DNA of 63,982 bases, counting the filler, from Sphacelaria rigidula (Eukaryota): the NCBI GenBank assembly GCA_964200075.2. It is 9 parts of 9 records of this genome, joined end to end, with 100 filler letters (N's around TTAATTAATTAA, not from the genome) between each part and the next. Parts side by side here need not be neighbours in the genome. Positions count along the whole stretch, not along the records: positions 56,964 to 63,982 come from CAXNAA020016928.1; 8 more parts are not named here. One strand, given 5' to 3'. Below the pieces are notes generated by a model. The model had not been told where the DNA came from, did no database searches, and saw only the letters and a list, made by a program, of their open reading frames with translations. Positions 62,132-63,982 of this stretch are shown in pieces (position 1 is the first letter of the stretch; every line of letters begins with the position of its first letter). A program made the translations under genes and the position numbers.

Positions 62132-63090
62132 CTAGGATTTTGATCTACTGTATCTATTTACACTACCTTGGAGTGATGCTACGGTAGGGGGGCACAGATA
62201 TTTCCTGAGGTTAGAATTGTCAGGAGCCCTTTATCTCATCCACAACACGACTTATGAAATATGTGAGACTTCGCTAGGGTTACCATTCCAATGGGCTAGG
62301 GATATCCCGAACCAATTTGCAAACGGGTATACCTTTACCCATATTCTTGTGCATCTAGAATTGTTAGGAGCACGTGACACCAGACAAGATTTTGCGCAAA
62401 AAGTGCACCCCTACCGTAGCATTGGTCCTTGGGTACTTACTGATATTTTCATACCAGAAATAGATGATCGGTAAACGAACGTCTGTTCCTGGCAAAATGT
62501 CGATCGGCCTCGAACGAATTCCTACATACAGTAACAGATAAAAAGTACAAGATAGTAACATCTCGGGTGAGGCTGAGGAAGTAAGAGTTGGGCCTTTAGC
62601 ACATGAAAACAGCACGCTTCACTTTACGTTTGAGCCGGTTCTGTATACCGACCCCGCTACTGCTGATTATTTGATTGGCTGATCGATTGATTGGTAGATT
62701 GATTGATTGGTCGTCGCGCAGTACTGGTGTCCGAGATATTCAGCCATAGTGACGAGATGATGGACCTACCCAAAAAGGAGTGTAAAACATCACGGAAACA
62801 CTCGCTGGAGGGTACTCGAGGAAGGGGAAAAAGACGAGGAAAAAAAAAACAAAATATAACAGAATGGACAAAGTAAAGTGAACAAAAACGAGAGGAAAAC
62901 AAAAGTGTGATATTCTCTTCTTCTTCGTCTTCCTTATCATCATTTGTAGTAGTAGTAGTAGTAGTAGTAGTAGTATTTTCATGAGTGTTAGTATTGCCAT
63001 GAGAGTTATTATTGTCATGATAATATAATGATTAGTCGCTAGTGTTAATATTATTCCGCACTTTAGCCTGATCTCTCGAACCCGCGTTAA

Positions 63091-63330
63091 CTCTTTTGGG
63101 ACCGGGCCTCCAGACCGACCAAGTAGGCTGGTCAAGAATGACGTGTCTGGCGTCTGCACAAAACAGTGGTCTGTTGCTGAAAATCCGCGTATGTAACCGC
63201 AGGGTTATGACGAAGACCGAAAGTTTCATCCGAACTATTTTCAGGTGCAGGGTGCGCATTAGGTGGTGTGCATCTGACGTAGCAAGCAGTATGAGTCGTG
63301 GTAAAGAGCTAGCTTCCAACAGGATGCGGC
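63091..63330. mobile_element. piggyBac-like element end (probably extends further right)
   Basis: Begins after TTAA (63087-63090) and is colinear with 21025-21264. Confidence 0.75.
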
Positions 63331-63982
63331 GACCGGCGGGCCGCCCGCCACTTGTGGCTTTGGATGGTACTATTGTCCCCATCACCTTGCCACACAGCCC
63401 TTCGTTGTCGGGGTGGGCCGCCATTTCCCCCCTCGTTGCATGCGGCAAATTATCTTCGAAGGGAATCAACGTTGCAGCGCTCATGCATACAACAGTAAAG
63501 TATACAGTACAGTGTAGTACCCCTCTCCGACTGCAGCAGCAGCTGCCGCTGCATACACCCTTTCACGTTCTGGGCAGTTTTCGGCTACCGTGATCAACTG
63601 CCTACATACAGCTTCTTGATCCCCATCCACTACGTAGTTGTTCACTGCACCCTGCAAGTCATCGCCAGAGGGATAAGCAAAACTCATGACAGTAGATCCT
63701 TTTGTTTTTCCACAGCCCACCTGGTTTTAGGGCGTGGTGAAAATGACCACATGGTAGCATGTACACTCCTTCCCGAGTTTTTCTGGCCCATCCTGTGTTG
63801 GCGTAAATTACTACGTTTCAGTATAGATCTGGGACCTAAAGAGCGCTCCGGAGAAACTCGGAAACGGTATACTGAGTGCAAGTAATACCATAAAACCAAG
63901 CTGCGACCGCCCTGCACTTGGAATCTCGGAAGGTTTATCTGGGCCAGGGATAGGGCCCCGCACGATATTTGCAGTGGCATCG

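Overview
This is eukaryotic DNA, almost certainly a brown alga (Phaeophyceae; kelp-like is an inference from the repeat and gene style). The window is not one locus. It is nine unrelated, length-sorted contigs of 7019-7022 bp joined by artificial 100-bp spacers (44 N + TTAATTAATTAA + 44 N), so adjacency across spacers means nothing. I can support five intron-containing gene fragments: a TPR + bacterial/phage-type GT-A glycosyltransferase (contig 2), a double-frameshifted ankyrin-repeat gene (contig 4), a coiled-coil protein possibly like CCDC57 (contig 5), a Thr/Pro mucin + EGF + probable leishmanolysin-like protein (contig 7), and a plastid-targeted DUF179/UPF0301 (AlgH-like) protein (contig 8). 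Most of the rest is transposon-derived: MITEs, fold-back elements, CACTA-, piggyBac- and Helitron-like ends, tRNA-derived SINEs and LINE 3' ends. The most notable pattern is two related non-LTR retrotransposon families with homologous 3' ends and no poly(A). They sit at C-rich tracts with 11-16 bp target-site duplications, sometimes as ~35-nt fragments or stacked copies. All family assignments are from motif recognition by eye; no database searches were run.
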